From: Microbotryum violaceum
Taxonomy: Eukaryota
Reading direction: 5' to 3'
Assembly: GCA_001244265.2 (NCBI GenBank)
Contig: CDLV01000014.1
Location: 682,001 to 746,000, forward strand
DNA: 64,000 nucleotides
Part shown: piece by piece, positions 33,289-46,996 of the stretch
Position numbering within the stretch: the stretch's first letter is position 1
How the letters are laid out: each line of letters starts with the position of its first letter
Notes under the pieces: model-generated
The model's input: the letters and a program-made list of their open reading frames with translations, nothing else
Database searches by the model: none
What the model was told of the DNA's origin: nothing
Translations under genes and position numbers: made by a program

Positions 33289-36189
33289 ATGTCAACAGAG
33301 GTCCCAGCACCCCATGCTAGAGCTTCCGCACGGACAGTCTCACCGACTCTCAACTCGTCCCATTTCCATCGCTCGCCGTCGGTCCAGATCTCGAAATCGT
33401 CGGCAGCGGGCAGCAGTTGGCCCAACGCTCCATCGAGCACGTCGATCGCGCCGGGCGCGTCAAATGGTCTACACATTGACTCTGTGTCACCCACGACAAC
33501 CACAATTGAGACCCTTCCAGGTAGACTGGCCGGAACATTGGACGTCCATCAGCTGCAGCACCATCAGCATTCTTCCACATCCGTGAACGACCCTCATTCA
33601 TCCTCGCACGCGCAATCGCACGCTCCACCCCACACGCGATCCAATCCGACCACGGCCGATCACGAACCGGCATCGTCGTTTCAGAAATGGGGCCAACGCA
33701 TCAACCAGGTGTGGTCTAATGTCGCCGGTCAAAACGAACAGGATGTCAATGCGAGGCGCTTCTCCACCTCCACTTCTGCCATGGCCTCCACCACGACCGC
33801 CCATCTGCGTACACCGACCCTCGGTCGACCGACTATCGCGGACCAGCTCAGGCTGTCGTCGGCGCGTTCCCGGCGGTCAATACCGCGAGATCCTTCTTCG
33901 TCGCGTCACTGGATATTGTCGAGGACGTACGATCGCATCAAGCCTCTTCTCGCGACCTTGTACGTCACCGATGCGGACAGCGATTCCTCGGCGGCGTCGA
34001 CGTGGATTCCCTTCTTTACACCCAGCTCCGGCTACCCACTGGGGTTTAGTCGGCGACGGTCGAGCTTCGGATCGGTCAGTCATGTGCCACCTCTGAGTCG
34101 CTCAGGCTGGCTCATCGTGGGTGTGCTCTTCCTGTTGGGACTTCGGGAGATTGTCGGGCGCTCGTCCTTCTCTGGAGATCGACGGAGAAACGTCAAAGTC
34201 TCGGGCCGGAGTCCTTATAGCGTGATCCACGACCTCTCGCCCGCCGAGAAAATGTCTTCCTACTTCGATTCACCATCATCATTGGCGACCCCGGCGATTC
34301 TAGCTGGACAAGACCGAATTTGGAAGCGAGAGCACATAACGACTACGGATGATCGGTTCGACGACGCGACGGGCCCGCGAGGAGACACGACTGCGATCGT
34401 GCTCCATTGGAAACGTACCGAGAATGTCATCGTCATTGTCTCCCACCTCTGTCGCTACACCTTTTTCGATTCTATCACCGTCTGGAACAACAATCCTGCG
34501 GTCCAGTTGCAGCGCTCCGATTTTGACTCGGCCAAATGCCCGTCCTCGAAGTTGCGCATCTACAACTCACCCCGGAACCAGCTCTTCGTCGCACGGTATC
34601 TTGCTTGTGCGCAGTCCAGGACCGCATACTGTTATTTCCAGGACGATGACTGGCTCGTCTGGCCACTCCGAGCACTCTATTCGCAGTTCTCTCGAGATCC
34701 CGAAGGCCCCGTCGTCGTTCACACGAATCCAAAGGTCGCCTCCCTCTATACCCTCGAGTGGTGTTTCTACGTGGCACCTCCCGCGAAAGGGAATGACGAC
34801 TTTATGGACTCGAAACCGCCTGCTCAAATTCACACTTGCTTCGCGTGGATGGGCACCGGAGCGTTCGTCTCCAAATCACGCGTCATTCACTACCTCGCGA
34901 ATCTGACGGACGTGGCTTATCCGAGCGTCGAGCTGGCGCACGCCGACAACTCGTTCACGACGTTCTTGAATCAACCTCCCTATGTCCTTTCGAGCGAGTT
35001 GACTCAGTTACCGCAACCCTTCGGCCACTCGGATGGCAAAGGCATTGCGAGGAACAAGGCCTACATCGTAGGTCCCCCGTGCCTGTCCTGAAGCCGTGGA
35101 CTAGCCTACTCAAGCTCACAGCTCTACTTTTCTGAAACTTTGCGCCTGTTAGCACCAAGGCATTCAACACCTCTATAAGTACCTCGATATTCCGACGACC
35201 CCATCCAAGCCAGGCGAGAAGTTTAAGCTCCCTGCAAAGCCCCTCCTTCTCGACACTCACGCGCATCACCACACCTCCCGATCCTCGAAACTTCCACCGC
35301 ACCCTTACGCTCACCACGTCCGCTCGCCGTGCCATACCGATACGTGCAACTTCATGACCAGTGTTGCTCTCCTCCCTCCACCCGACTCAGTCCCTTACCC
35401 TGGCCCGGAGAAGGTCGGTGATCTCGAGACGTGGGAGAACCACCTCGGTTGGACAGCGAGGGGTTGGATCGAAGGAAATGAGCTGTTCAGGGAAGAGGAG
35501 ACGTTTGCGAACAAGTGGGCATATGCGCATGCTGTTGATGGGAGCGACGAGACGGCTTTCAGGAGCCCTGATGGTACGTCTCGTTGGGCCTGGATATCTG
35601 AATAACTCGGGACGCTGAGCGTTTGTTATGCTGCTCACAGTCATTAAAATGGACGATTACGTCGGTTTGGCGTTATTGACGCCTGCGGAACTGACTTGGA
35701 CACCGGCGTTGACTTTCGTCTTTGTGCTCGAGCATTGGGCCGTCATCTCGAAGTCGGTCGTCTTCGAGGTCTCCCGGGATGGATACAAATGGGTGAGCGT
35801 CTGAAGTAGCCTCGGGAAGTCGCACGTATGCTGACTGAAGTGCATGCTGTGTCAAGGTTGAGCCCCTTTCACCACCGTCTGCCCCGTCATGCCAAGGCAT
35901 CGCGACCCAATCATCCCTACCCGACCACTCCTTTCCCCCCTCAACCTACCTCTCCTCACGAGGCCAAGCGGTCCTCGAAGCCGAGGTAGCCCTCTTCAGC
36001 GGCAACAAAGTCATGACGTGGTTCCACCGGCGTCGACGAAGGTCCGAACCGCTTAAACGGTGTCGGATTAGGATCGGGACCAAATTCGAGGGGGGAAACT
36101 CGGAGGAGGGGTGGAGGTTCGTGAGGATGAGGAGTTTGGGGGAGTTGGAGATTGGGTGGGGGGTGTATGAGATGGGTTTGGAAAAGTAA
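33289..36189 (+). CDS. Type II membrane GT-A glycosyltransferase-like protein (EXT/GT64-like)
   Basis: TM LIVGVLFLLGL, TAIVLHWKR, ITVWNN, ARYLAC, CYFQDDDW (DxD). Later exons were read by eye and the 3' end is approximate. Confidence 0.65.
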
Positions 36190-37312
36190 CGTTCGGATGG
36201 GCATCGTCCTTGACTTACTACGCTGGCCCCAAAGATCACGCCATCGGAGGGCGTTCGACAAGGTCGTCCGCCACAGCTCGTGGTGGCGCAACAGATATCT
36301 CGCTATGGCGCCTCAACGTCACCAAAAGACGGGCACTGCATCCATCGCCATCAGCGACTGTCCCGGCCCCTACGACACATCTACGGCCACCCAGAGCGCT
36401 GCACGAGCTTACGCTCCGAAAGGATTGCAGAAGTAATCCGACTCCTCCACGAGCCAATCTGACATACCACGCAATCGCCTTGTCACATGTTGAAAGCTCC
36501 CTACCTGGAAACAGTTTTTCGGGGCGCCCCTTCAGCAAATCTCAGTGGTCACCAGACTTGCATGCAATGATAGATTCGAGATGCCCTCGGAATGCCGAAG
36601 CATCAACCGATCAGGGGATTATCTCGTTAATGGTCGACATCCGCGACAGGAGCACAAGTAACACGATGGGTGTAGGGATCACGTTTTTTGAAATGATCCA
36701 ATTTTTTTGAATCGAAATATTGGGTATACGCCCATGCCGGTGTGGATCGATCGAGGGAGAATCTTATCAGTAGCCATTGACCAGCTGCCAAATCTTCGCG
36801 CGGGCCATCTCCTCCCGGTGCCGACTCGTTGCCGCTTTGACCAAGCATCATCGCGTGAAAGGTGATCAACACCATCTACCGGGTTGCAACGAGAAGAAAA
36901 TGCTCAATTGTCTGATCTTTGTCCAAGTGGTACACGACTGTGTCCAATTTGGCGACGCCACTGGTCATTGCGACGAGTTCAGAGCGAGGCTGCCGTTGGT
37001 TACACCGCAATCCGGTCGTGATCATTGGCCGAGAAGAGAGCTCGGGGAAAATCGCGCGCCGGTACAAGCGTCCGTGGCCCTGCTGCTCCAGCTTGGGACG
37101 CCAGACCTGAGCAGGGCAAGCCGAGAGGGGCAAGCAGCGGCTAGCAGCGGGCTGCAGCGGGGCAGGCGCTGGCAGGAGCAGGCAGGAGCTGGCAGGCGCG
37201 TCTGGCCCGGGCGTTTCGCACCTCCTGGGCTTCCCTTGCGTCACCATACTATCCGACCCCCACCACCACCGCACCGCAACCTCGCCCTCCCTCCGTTCCT
37301 CCTCCTCTAACC

Positions 37313-38584
37313 ATGCTTTCCCGACAAATCCCCACGCTGGGCCGCCAACTGCGGCGATCGTCGATCCGGTGTGCATCGACCACCGCGTCGACTCCCGCAA
37401 CCTCCTCCGCCTCGCCCGTGCCATTGGCCAACGTAAGCCCGTCCACTGAAGCAATCACCTCTCCCTCTTTCGGGGACTACAGCGTGTGGGCACAGCAGCT
37501 GATCTTGTGAATCTTCACCGTATCTCTTGTGACAATGACCCGCTGATGGACCCGATCGATCGGCCGCGGCCAACGCACCTCACCTGCGTGCTCGTCTTTC
37601 TACGCCTGTCCCACCGCTCGACGCCGACACGCATTCAACTACCCGCACCGAATCACACCACCTGAAACAGATCGAGGCATCGTGGAAGGGCTTGACGCCG
37701 GCCGAGCAAGAGTCGACGTTCAAGGCGCTCGAGGAACTTCAGAAGAAGGACTGGACCCAATTGTCGATTGACGAGAAGAAGGCTGGTCAGTGTGCTACTC
37801 TCTCTGGGTTCTCGTTGGTGGCAAACGCGCCCTATCTTTTTTGATAGGGAGGAGACAATGTGGGGTATTGCATGGCTTGTCCCGAGAAAGCCACGCCGAC
37901 TGACGCTGGTTTTTCTATTGGGCGCGGCAATTCCTCGTTACCAATTTCGAAATCGGATCCATCCAGCCTACTACGTCGCCTTCGGCCCGCACGGCCCCAG
38001 GGAGCCGATCCTCGCGCCCGGGTCCGGAGCCAAGACGCTCGGTGGTGTCACCCTCGCCGTCATCGTCAGTCTCGGATTGTTCACCGCAGCCCGCACTCTG
38101 GGTAAGTGCGGAAATTCTAGCCGATTTTTGGTGCTGCGACGAAGCAGGCGGCGTGCTGACAGGGCACCTTTGACCCCCCGTACCCCGACCCCACCGTATG
38201 ACCGCGCGGACGATTCAATCGATAATACATCCCATCATCCATCGCCACCACTCGAAAAAATGGCATCGCACCCAAACAGCTCAAGAGAAGCCCAAGACGC
38301 TGAGTCGAGAATGGCAAGAGGCCTCGAACGAGATGGCCAAGGAGCAAAAGATGGATCCTTTCACCGTGAGTTTGTGGAAGATCCTTTCATGTAGGTGACG
38401 GGGCATCGCTGACTCGATTGTACGGATACGACGATACCACAGGGTGTTACTTCAGAAGGCTACAAGGGCAAGGGCTTCGTCAACAATAAGGTGAGAGCAG
38501 GCATCCCAGCGCACCCCCACATCTTTCGCCGCATGTGAGCAAACCTGATCGGCGTGTTGTTTCTGCCAATTTCTCTCTCAGTAA
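37313..38584 (+). CDS. COX5: Cytochrome c oxidase subunit IV family (yeast Cox5)
   Basis: Mitochondrial presequence, IEASWK, LQKKDWTQLSIDEKKA-AYYVAFGPHGPR, PKTLSREWQEASNE, DPFT-GVTSEGYKGKGFV. Confidence 0.93.
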
Positions 38585-39184
38585 TCGGCGTTCGCTCCTC
38601 GCCACCCGTGGGGGTTCTCGTGGTGGAAGGCTTGTTTCTATGTGTTGCTGGTGTTTATCTCTTCGTGCGCGTTTCATAGATGCGCGGTTGCCGAGAATGA
38701 TTTTAGATGCGGTGCCTCTACAATGTTCTTTATCGAGCTGGTCCGGACACCACCCGATCGCGAGAGAACACAGGAGAGGAGGTCGATGTTTTATTGATGG
38801 GTGAAACCGTCTGCGGTGATATGTGCTGGGCTTGATGGGGTAGTGCAGGGGAACTGTGACCTGGCTTCGTGTCTGCTATACTGGGACGGAGTATGCTCAA
38901 CAGTTTCTCCTATTCCGTTCGGTCCGAGAATCCTATGGCCGAGCAATGTCGATTTGCTTCACCGCATGTGAGGGAAATGATCGCCCCCGTCTCCCTCTCA
39001 CAGCCTCTCCACTGCCTCTCCACTGCCTCTCCACTGCCTCTCCCTCTCCTTTCCCACCCCTTGCTCAGGCTCTCCGTCGTCACCCGTCGCTCTTCCTCCT
39101 CCCCCTTCAATCAAGCTGCCTCCTCGACCACCCCGTCTCGGTTCAGCACCTAAGCGAGGTGCTGCAGCAACCCAACAAGCTCCA

Positions 39185-40904
39185 ATGTCGTCCTTGTTGA
39201 ACCTCTCCCTCGCAGCCGTCGCAGGCCTCGCCATCGGAGCAGGTGCAACCGTCGCTCTCTTACCTCCTCCCAAACCCCCCGTACAAGCCAAGAACGACCA
39301 CCCCGTAAGGACGACTGGGATTGCCCCCCTCGCTCATGGGAGCATCCCTGTCCCCGGTCCGCCGGGCAGTGCAGCAATTCCCGGCGTCGAGCTTTACCAT
39401 GGGCTGATGACTGGCACCGAGTTGGCGAAAAGGAACTTGACGATTGGTCAAATCGGTGAGCACTTTATCCCTAATTTTTGGGTTGCACTTTCCGGGGCCA
39501 ATCCCATCTGACCGTATGGTTTGATCTCTGCTCAGGCCCCATCTCGGACTTTCTCGTCCGAAAAGCCTACACGACCGCGTACGACCGTCGACACCGGATC
39601 CCGGCTTGGGCCGCCGAACACTTGACCGCCGCGAGTTTGAAAGGCTCGGGAAATCGTCAGGACACTTCTTTTGAAGAAGACCAGGACATTCCGGACAAGT
39701 TCAGAGCACATTTGACGGATTACTTCAAGAGCGGTTATGGTCAGTTGAGAGCTCGGTCTGGAAGGGGTTTTTTTTTTTTTGTTTTTTTTTGGAGGGGGGC
39801 CAATTTGACTGAACGGTGATTTGGGTGGCCCAGATCGAGGGCACATAGTTCCCGCGGCGGATGCGAAGCAGGACCAAGAAGCGATGAAGGAGACGTTCCT
39901 CTTGAGCAACATCGCGCCCCAAGTCGGCGAAGGTTTCAACCGAAACTGTCAGTCCGCGAGGGGAATAACGAGCGAAAAGTCCTTTTGCTGATCGAGCTCG
40001 TGGTGTCGTCAATGACTGCACAGACTGGGCCTATCTGGAAGCTGTGAGTCGGTGGAGCCTTCAACCGAGCTTACAGTAGGTTTACCATACTCTGAACTGA
40101 TTCAAAACAACTCGCAGTTCTGCCGAAACCTCACTTCGTCCTTTGAGGACGTTTACGTCTTCACCGTGCCTCTCTTCCTCCCCCGTCAATCACCCGATGG
40201 TAAATGGCGAGTGACGTATGAGATGATTGCAGCTCCAAATAATGCACCAACAAGTACGTTCTCTCGCCAAGCCGTGATTTCCAAGCTGGGTATGCCCGAA
40301 TCATCAGCTGAGCCTCCGCTTTTCACCCCACCCCGTCTTTACCTCCTTCCAGTTGCCGTCCCGACCCACTTTGCGAAAGTACTCCTTACATCCCGTCCCC
40401 CTCGATCTGGAATGTCAATGGCCCTCACGACGTCCCCTGGTCGACCGGTGGAGAAGGAATGGGCCATCGGCGCTTTTGTTCTGCCGAACGAAGTGATCCC
40501 TGACGAAGCTAGGCTGGAAACTTTCATCGTACCTGGTGAGTTAGGTGCTCGACGATGGGCCAAATCGAGGGTTTGAACTTGCTGACGTTGGAGAGAGATC
40601 CTATGATCCTGGAATGGCTCTGTTCCCCAGTCGATGCGGTGGAGAGTTCCTCCGGGCTGACTTTGATCCCGGACGAGTTGAAGCGCTTGGCGAAGCCATT
40701 GTGTTCGGTGAGTCACGAACGCGATCTAGAGCGATCAGCAGCCGGTTTGGGTTTCAGGCCCCAAGTCCACATCATTGACTCTTGTCAACTTGATGCTTCT
40801 TCTAGACCGTCAAGTGCGAAGTGATGGTACGACGCTTCGACGATGCGCAAAAGAAGTTGGGCAATGGGGATCGACCCAAATCCCGCCGAAGGGAGACAAT
40901 GTAG
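39185..40904 (+). CDS. NUC1: Mitochondrial endonuclease G-type nuclease
   Basis: AYDRRHRIPAWAAEHLT, DYFKSGY-DRGHIVPAAD, ETFLLSNIAPQVGEGFNRN, VPTHFAKV, GAFVLPN. Confidence 0.95.
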
Positions 40905-41147
40905 ATCACCTTTCTCTTGAACATGAAGTAGTGCAATCCTCTCTCTCAAATGCAAGACCAATTCTCACCGCAATCAAGGGCATTCGCTCGCATCACACCC
41001 GTATTAAACAGCGAGAAGAATCCATCGGCAGTAGAAATTGCAAAACAAGTGACCAAACGCCCGATCTCGATCTATGCAATATGAGGAGTTCAGATCGGCG
41101 CCATGCCCACATCAAAAGGAGACAAAACGATCCATAAAATACCCTGT

Positions 41148-43398
41148 CTATGCGGAACCGAATTGCTTGGGTCCATCCGGGTACAAGTTCGAGTCGTTCT
41201 TGTCAAAGTGGTGGATCTCCTCCCGCTCTCGTCCCCTCATGTACATCGGGTTCGTGCCCTTGTAGTAGACTGCGAGGCGGTGCGATCCATCCTCAACATC
41301 AGCCAAACGTTCGAATTGGAAAATGACCGCTCCAGGATCAAACCATGACTCACTATCAGTCCACAGCTCCTGATGCTGACTCGGTTCAGGGCTTTTCTTC
41401 GCCTCCTCGACGGCAACTTCGACCTCCTTCCTCGCGTCTTTATCGATCTTCTTCAACTCGCTCTCCTCCGCGACGTCCCATTCGAGGATGTTGTTCTTGA
41501 GACCGGTGATCGGATCGTTCGACGATCGCATGTGTTGGATCTCCTCTCGCGTGCGGTAGGTCGTTCCGGGGTCGGACATGGAGTGACCACCGTAGCGGTA
41601 AGTGACCATCTCGAGCAACAAGGGACCCTTGCCCGCTTGAGTCCACTCCTTGGCAAATGAGACCGCTTGCTTGACGGCGAGCACGTCCATACCATTAACC
41701 TGAAATAGGGAAGGGAGAGGTGCAGATTCATTGAGCTCCGAGTTCGCAGCTGAGCAGGGATGTGTCCATTCCCCAAGAACTGACCTGGAGACCAGGGATC
41801 AAGTCACCACGCTTGTAGTATTTGGTGTTGGATGAAGAGCGGGCCGCCGAAGTGCCCATACCGTAGAGGTTGTTCTCGCAGACGAAAACGCAGGGAAGGT
41901 TCCACACTGTGATGCGCCGAATCGTGTAGAGGAAACGTGATCAGCGGGCACTTTCGCAGGAAGGAGATCCAACGCGACCAAGGGAGACGACTGACGCTTA
42001 GCCATGTTGTAAGCCTCAAAGACTTGGCCCTGGTTGGAAGCGCCGTCACCGTACATGGCGAAAGTGGCGTGGTCCTTGTCCTGGCCGAGATACTGTTGAG
42101 CAAAAGCGATTCCGGCACCGAGCGGGACTTGGGCTCCAACAATGCCGTTACCACCGAAGAAGCTGCATAGCGTTGAATGTTTCAAGCGTCAGTCTGTAGT
42201 CACAAGCTTGCCGGCGCCGTACCGATCCTGAGGCGTACGTAGGAGTAAAGATGTGCCTGTCAGGGAAGAAAGTCGTGTCAGTTGGGAGTTGCGGAAGGAA
42301 ATCCCTGACCCTGCACGCACATGGATCCGCCCTTGCCGTGCGACATTCCGTCACGTCGACCTATATTGCTCAAAGGAGCGAAAGGATGAGCTCAAGAAAA
42401 TGAGCTCGGAGACAGAGCCGAGAGTGAACTTGCCCAAGAGCTCGGCCAAAACACCCTTGACCGTTCCACCTCGCAATACGGCAAAGGGGTGGCATCGGTA
42501 CGCGGTGATGATCTTGTCGTCCTTCTTGATGGCATGGTGCATTCCGACCGAGACGGCTTCCTGTTAACGGGGGGAGCGATGCGTGGAATGAGCAGATGAT
42601 CACGGGTGCAGCGAGGCCAAGCTCGGTCGCGAGGGTCGTGGAGGAGCTGCAGCGGCATCGGACTACATCCGCGTAGATCGGAGTGCACGGATAGGAAGAG
42701 AGGGCTTACTTGACCGATGGCCAGATGGCAGAAACCACGAATGAGTTTCTGTTGGACGAGATCAAGCACGATCAGTCTTCAGCCACTGGAGCTTGCGGCT
42801 CGGACGGCCCGAGGCTGCGGTGGTGGTGACACAGAACGCGCTGAGCCACGCAAGACGGAACACATGTACTGACCGCCTTGTACAGCTGATCGGCGGCCAT
42901 CTCCATCCTTCGCACGAGGACCATGTTGCGGTACATGTCGACGAGCTCGGTCTTGCTGACGTGCATCTCGAGCGCGGGGATGTCGCACAGGTGCGATTTG
43001 AAGTAGTCCTCGTGCAGCGCGACCTTGACCGTGTCGCCGTTCGACTCGATCTTGGACGACGAATCGCTCTGTTGCGGGGTTGGGTCGTCGTCTGGGTCAG
43101 TGGTGGATCCTGACTGGTGATTCATCTGCGCCACTGGGGCAGCACGATGCCGTCGTTCCCGCGCCCGTGCGAAGACAGGTACGGGTCTCGTACGAGTCTC
43201 GTCTCGCGCGGCGCTTGGGGCAACCCGATCGACGAAGTCGACCGAGTGCCAGGCGGAGTGGAATGGGGGAGCGCGCGTAGAGGAACGACTACTGACCGTG
43301 GTCTGCAGAGAACGCGCCAACAGAGGCGACGCAACACGGCATGTCGGTCGTGCTCGCAGGCCGGCGACCGAGGGCAGGGATCGGGCGATGCGGCTCAT
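41148..43398 (-). CDS. PDA1: Pyruvate dehydrogenase E1 alpha subunit
   Basis: [64 protein letters not shown]. Confidence 0.97.
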
Positions 43399-44218
43399 GG
43401 TCGATGGGCGGATCTGGAGTCGGGGTGGTGGGTGGGGTGGCGGAGGGAGGGGGGAGGGCTAAGGACGCCCGCGCCCTCAAGGCGAGCGACCCCTGAGCCA
43501 GCTCACAGCTCTGCTAGCCTCTGCTGCTCACACGGGCTCACAGGTCCGCGCGAAAGGCAACAAATGCGAGGCGTTGGGGCACGCTCGCAGTCAGGCGCGC
43601 GCCTCAGCCGATCAAAACTCGGAGCTTCAATCCCCGGGCTGCAGAGTGACTCGTGGCGCACGACTGAGCCTCAACTCTGTAGAGAGGGATCAAGATGTCT
43701 AAACCAGGCCCAAGTTGTACAGTAATGACGGAAGCGAATTCTCCTGATTCGAGACGCAGGCTTTTCGCATGCGACGCAGGGCGACTGGCCGTCGCCGTCG
43801 CCGAGAAAACTCAAATTGTCGATATTTTCGAGGGCGCGCAAATCTCTCCTTTCCGTATCTATGGTTCAGGGAGGGGCGAAGCTTGACATACGTAGATAAG
43901 TCAGAGACAGCCGGCTCTCCCTTTCCGAAAGTCCATATCAAACTTAAACCTTGCCGTATTGTATGACTTACGCTGGGCTCGCCGATATGCATTCATTTGC
44001 ACCCAGACAGAACACCCTCTAACCGAAGGGCACTTTGGACCGACGAGCACAATCCTTAGAGATACAACAGGATACAAGTTGTTTCATCAAAAAGTACAAC
44101 TTGAAGCGTTCAATAATCTATGCTATACGACCAGAGCCGCCAATGTCCGTTTTCCGCGTTGGAAACCGAATGGTGTGATTTTAAGATCGGTCCGACCTCT
44201 ATCGTGGGTGGACACGAC

Positions 44219-46996
44219 CTAGCCCATGGACCTGACCAAGCGATCAAAGCATCAAACGGATGTGCATCAGCATAACAAACTCGGAAGAGTGTGAAGAGAC
44301 GTAGGGCGAGATGGGACACTCACCAGGTGGAAGCTAGTTGAGCGAGTGAGCTCAGTCTGTCGGGAACATCGCAAAGAGAACGGGGCAGGGAATAGGCAGG
44401 CAATAACCAAGCCGGAGCGCCTTAGTGAACTTACGAATCGAGCCGCGAACAATCCTGTGACGTCTGTTTGCCCAACGAACTCATGTGCCCGCCTGCCCTC
44501 GTCAAAGAGACCGTTGCGCCCTCCACGCCCTTTATGAAGACGGCTGTAGGTCAGATGGGATAAGGCCCTTGGTGAGCTTGATCCCAACAGAAGCCGCGCG
44601 TGCCGTGAAAGTGGGACAGAGATCGGCAAAACGCACGAAGTTTACCGAATCCGCTGAGGCGAGTGATGATTTGGAAGTCGGTTTCTGCGGATAGTCAGAT
44701 CAAACCGACAATGTCAGCATACCGTGCCTCGACCTTACGTATTCGAGGCGGCTTCGGGGCTCGTGATTACGCACTGCCGATAATCCAGTCCTCCACCTGC
44801 GCATTGCTTGCGCCGTCCAACAGCCGAATCTCTTCCGCGTCCGTCACCTCCGAATGAAGCTCCGGATGCGCTTGCGTCAACCCAGTGACAACGATGCGAT
44901 CCGAAAGATGGAGCAACGCGTCCTCTTCCAACGCGCGCGAGTCCGTAACAAGATAGTAGATGACCTTTTGGTCGTGGCGCGCGAAGCGTTCGGCGATCTT
45001 GTCGGCGCAAGCAAAAAAATTGCGGTGGACGTCGACGGTGTTGCCCTGGTCTTTCCTGTGATCGAACTAGGACAATACGAGGGAAGAGTGGAAGAGGGTC
45101 ATATCGCCGATCAGTATCGCCGCTGATGAGATCAAACCCGTACTACCGCACCATAGATGCTACCTGCCGAGCAAAGCCGTGTTGCGGCAGACGAGACAAG
45201 CCCGCGCAGCGCCAAACTCATTGCAAACACTTACAGATTTGTCTCCTGTCCGGATCTGAATCGCGATCGAGAATACAGTGGGTAGGCTGAACAAGGAGTC
45301 GTACTCAGTGATGAAGCGCAGCGCATTGATCTTGGGGCGGATGAGGAAGTCGGTCATGCATGTGTAGACGGTCTCCGGGTCGAAGCCTCGTGCGCGCAAC
45401 GTAGGCTCCACCGAGGCAAAGCCGAACGAGTTGATCGCTGCTCCTCGGTTCATTTGGGCCTGTATAAGGGTAAGCCACGTCCCCAAGTATCGAGCGCGTC
45501 AGTTCCGCGGGCGTAGAATAACTGACGAGCTGACGAGGCTGCACCTCAGACGTCTTCCCTTTGTCCTTGAAAACTCACCTGGATCCAAGGGTCGTCCCTC
45601 TTTTCCTGGAACAGCGTAAGGGCCAGCAAGCGCTCCAGGCCCGACATCGAGTGATCACCGACCTTGGGGAGTCGCTCGGGGTTTGTGATGTTAAGGAACT
45701 CCGCCTCAAGTGTCGCGAGTCCCGGGTGAATCGAACGACCCGAGTTGGGCATGTAAGGCTGGGCCCAGTCGATCCGCACGGCGTCGTAGAGCAACTCGAA
45801 GGGTAGGTCGGCCCAAGTGACGAGCAGGGCTCGGTCGGTCAGGACGGCGTAGAGAAAAAGACTGTACAAGCCGAAAAGGCTAACAAAGCAAAGATGGGAC
45901 GCCCGAGAACCATCGGCGGATCAGTCCCGGCTGTTGCTGGCGACGCTGGAGACGAGCTCAGGATCATAACTCACCGATCCGAGCTGCCACCGCAAATCGC
46001 GCCTTTCGGACAGACGACTTCGAGAATCTTCGGTGGACGATCTCCGTTCAGTATCTCACGATGTAACGTCGCATAGTCGGCCATCCACGAGGTGTTGCGA
46101 CACTGGGATACTTGGCGACCCGTCTGCCACTCGGTCCGCAGCGACTCGTACCTGCACAGAAAGACAAGGACAACGTCAACGCAACCCATCTGGCAGAGGC
46201 TTGGTCGGTGCGATTTTTCCAAATCTCACTTTAGCCTCGACCCATTCGTATAGCCCCCCAATCCACGTTGTACTCGGATCATTGCAGGCCCTTCCCGGAT
46301 CGGTGCAGGAGCTGGCGAGCTCTGCGAGAGGCCAACGGGCGTGCCACTCTGCGAGATGGGTCTTGTCGAGAGAAGCCATCGTCGGACTTGAGCCTCTTCC
46401 TGCACACGAGGCAAATAAACACAAGGACAGCTCTTCGTCAGAACCCGGACAAGAAAGGGAGCGCAGAGATATTCCAACTCGCGCCGGCTATTTCGACTGG
46501 TGGTGCCCTCAAGCGAGTTCGACCCTGCACTGACCTTCGTGAGCGCTTCGACCATCTTGGTGAGACTTTCGTGAGGTGACCTGGGTGCCCACTCGTAGCT
46601 TCTCCATAATTCAGACTCTCCTGACCAGTCCAACCCCTTGGCTTGCTCTACTGCGACTGGCCCCTGGCTATGCGAGGGCGGGCCTGTCCGCGTGAGCCCG
46701 GAGAACGCCCGGTGGAGGTCCGAGACGCGGTAATCGATCTGATACGCGGCGGAAACTGCGAGCACGATGCCTCCGACCACAATGAAGACGATAGCCACAA
46801 AGGATCTGCGGCTGTTGGGTCGACCTCGCGTGGAAGGATGGCCATCGAGGTGTTTGTGGGCTGTCCACGGTAGCTCCGTTTCGTCGGTCGGGTGACCAAC
46901 GTCTCGGTTTCCGACCGCGTCCGAGTCGGAGTAGTGGCCGTCTCGATCTTGAGCACTCAGCAGCGGCACGATGTACGTGTCACTACCATGGCTCAT
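44219..46996 (-). CDS. Inverting GT-B fucosyltransferase-like type II membrane protein (FUT8/GT23- or GT37-like motifs)
   Basis: TM FVAIVFIVVGGIVLAV; CGGSSDR, YAVLTDRALL; motif I IAIQIRTGDK; motif II YYLVTDS; motif III TDFQIITRLSGFGK. 3' end approximate. Confidence 0.7.
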
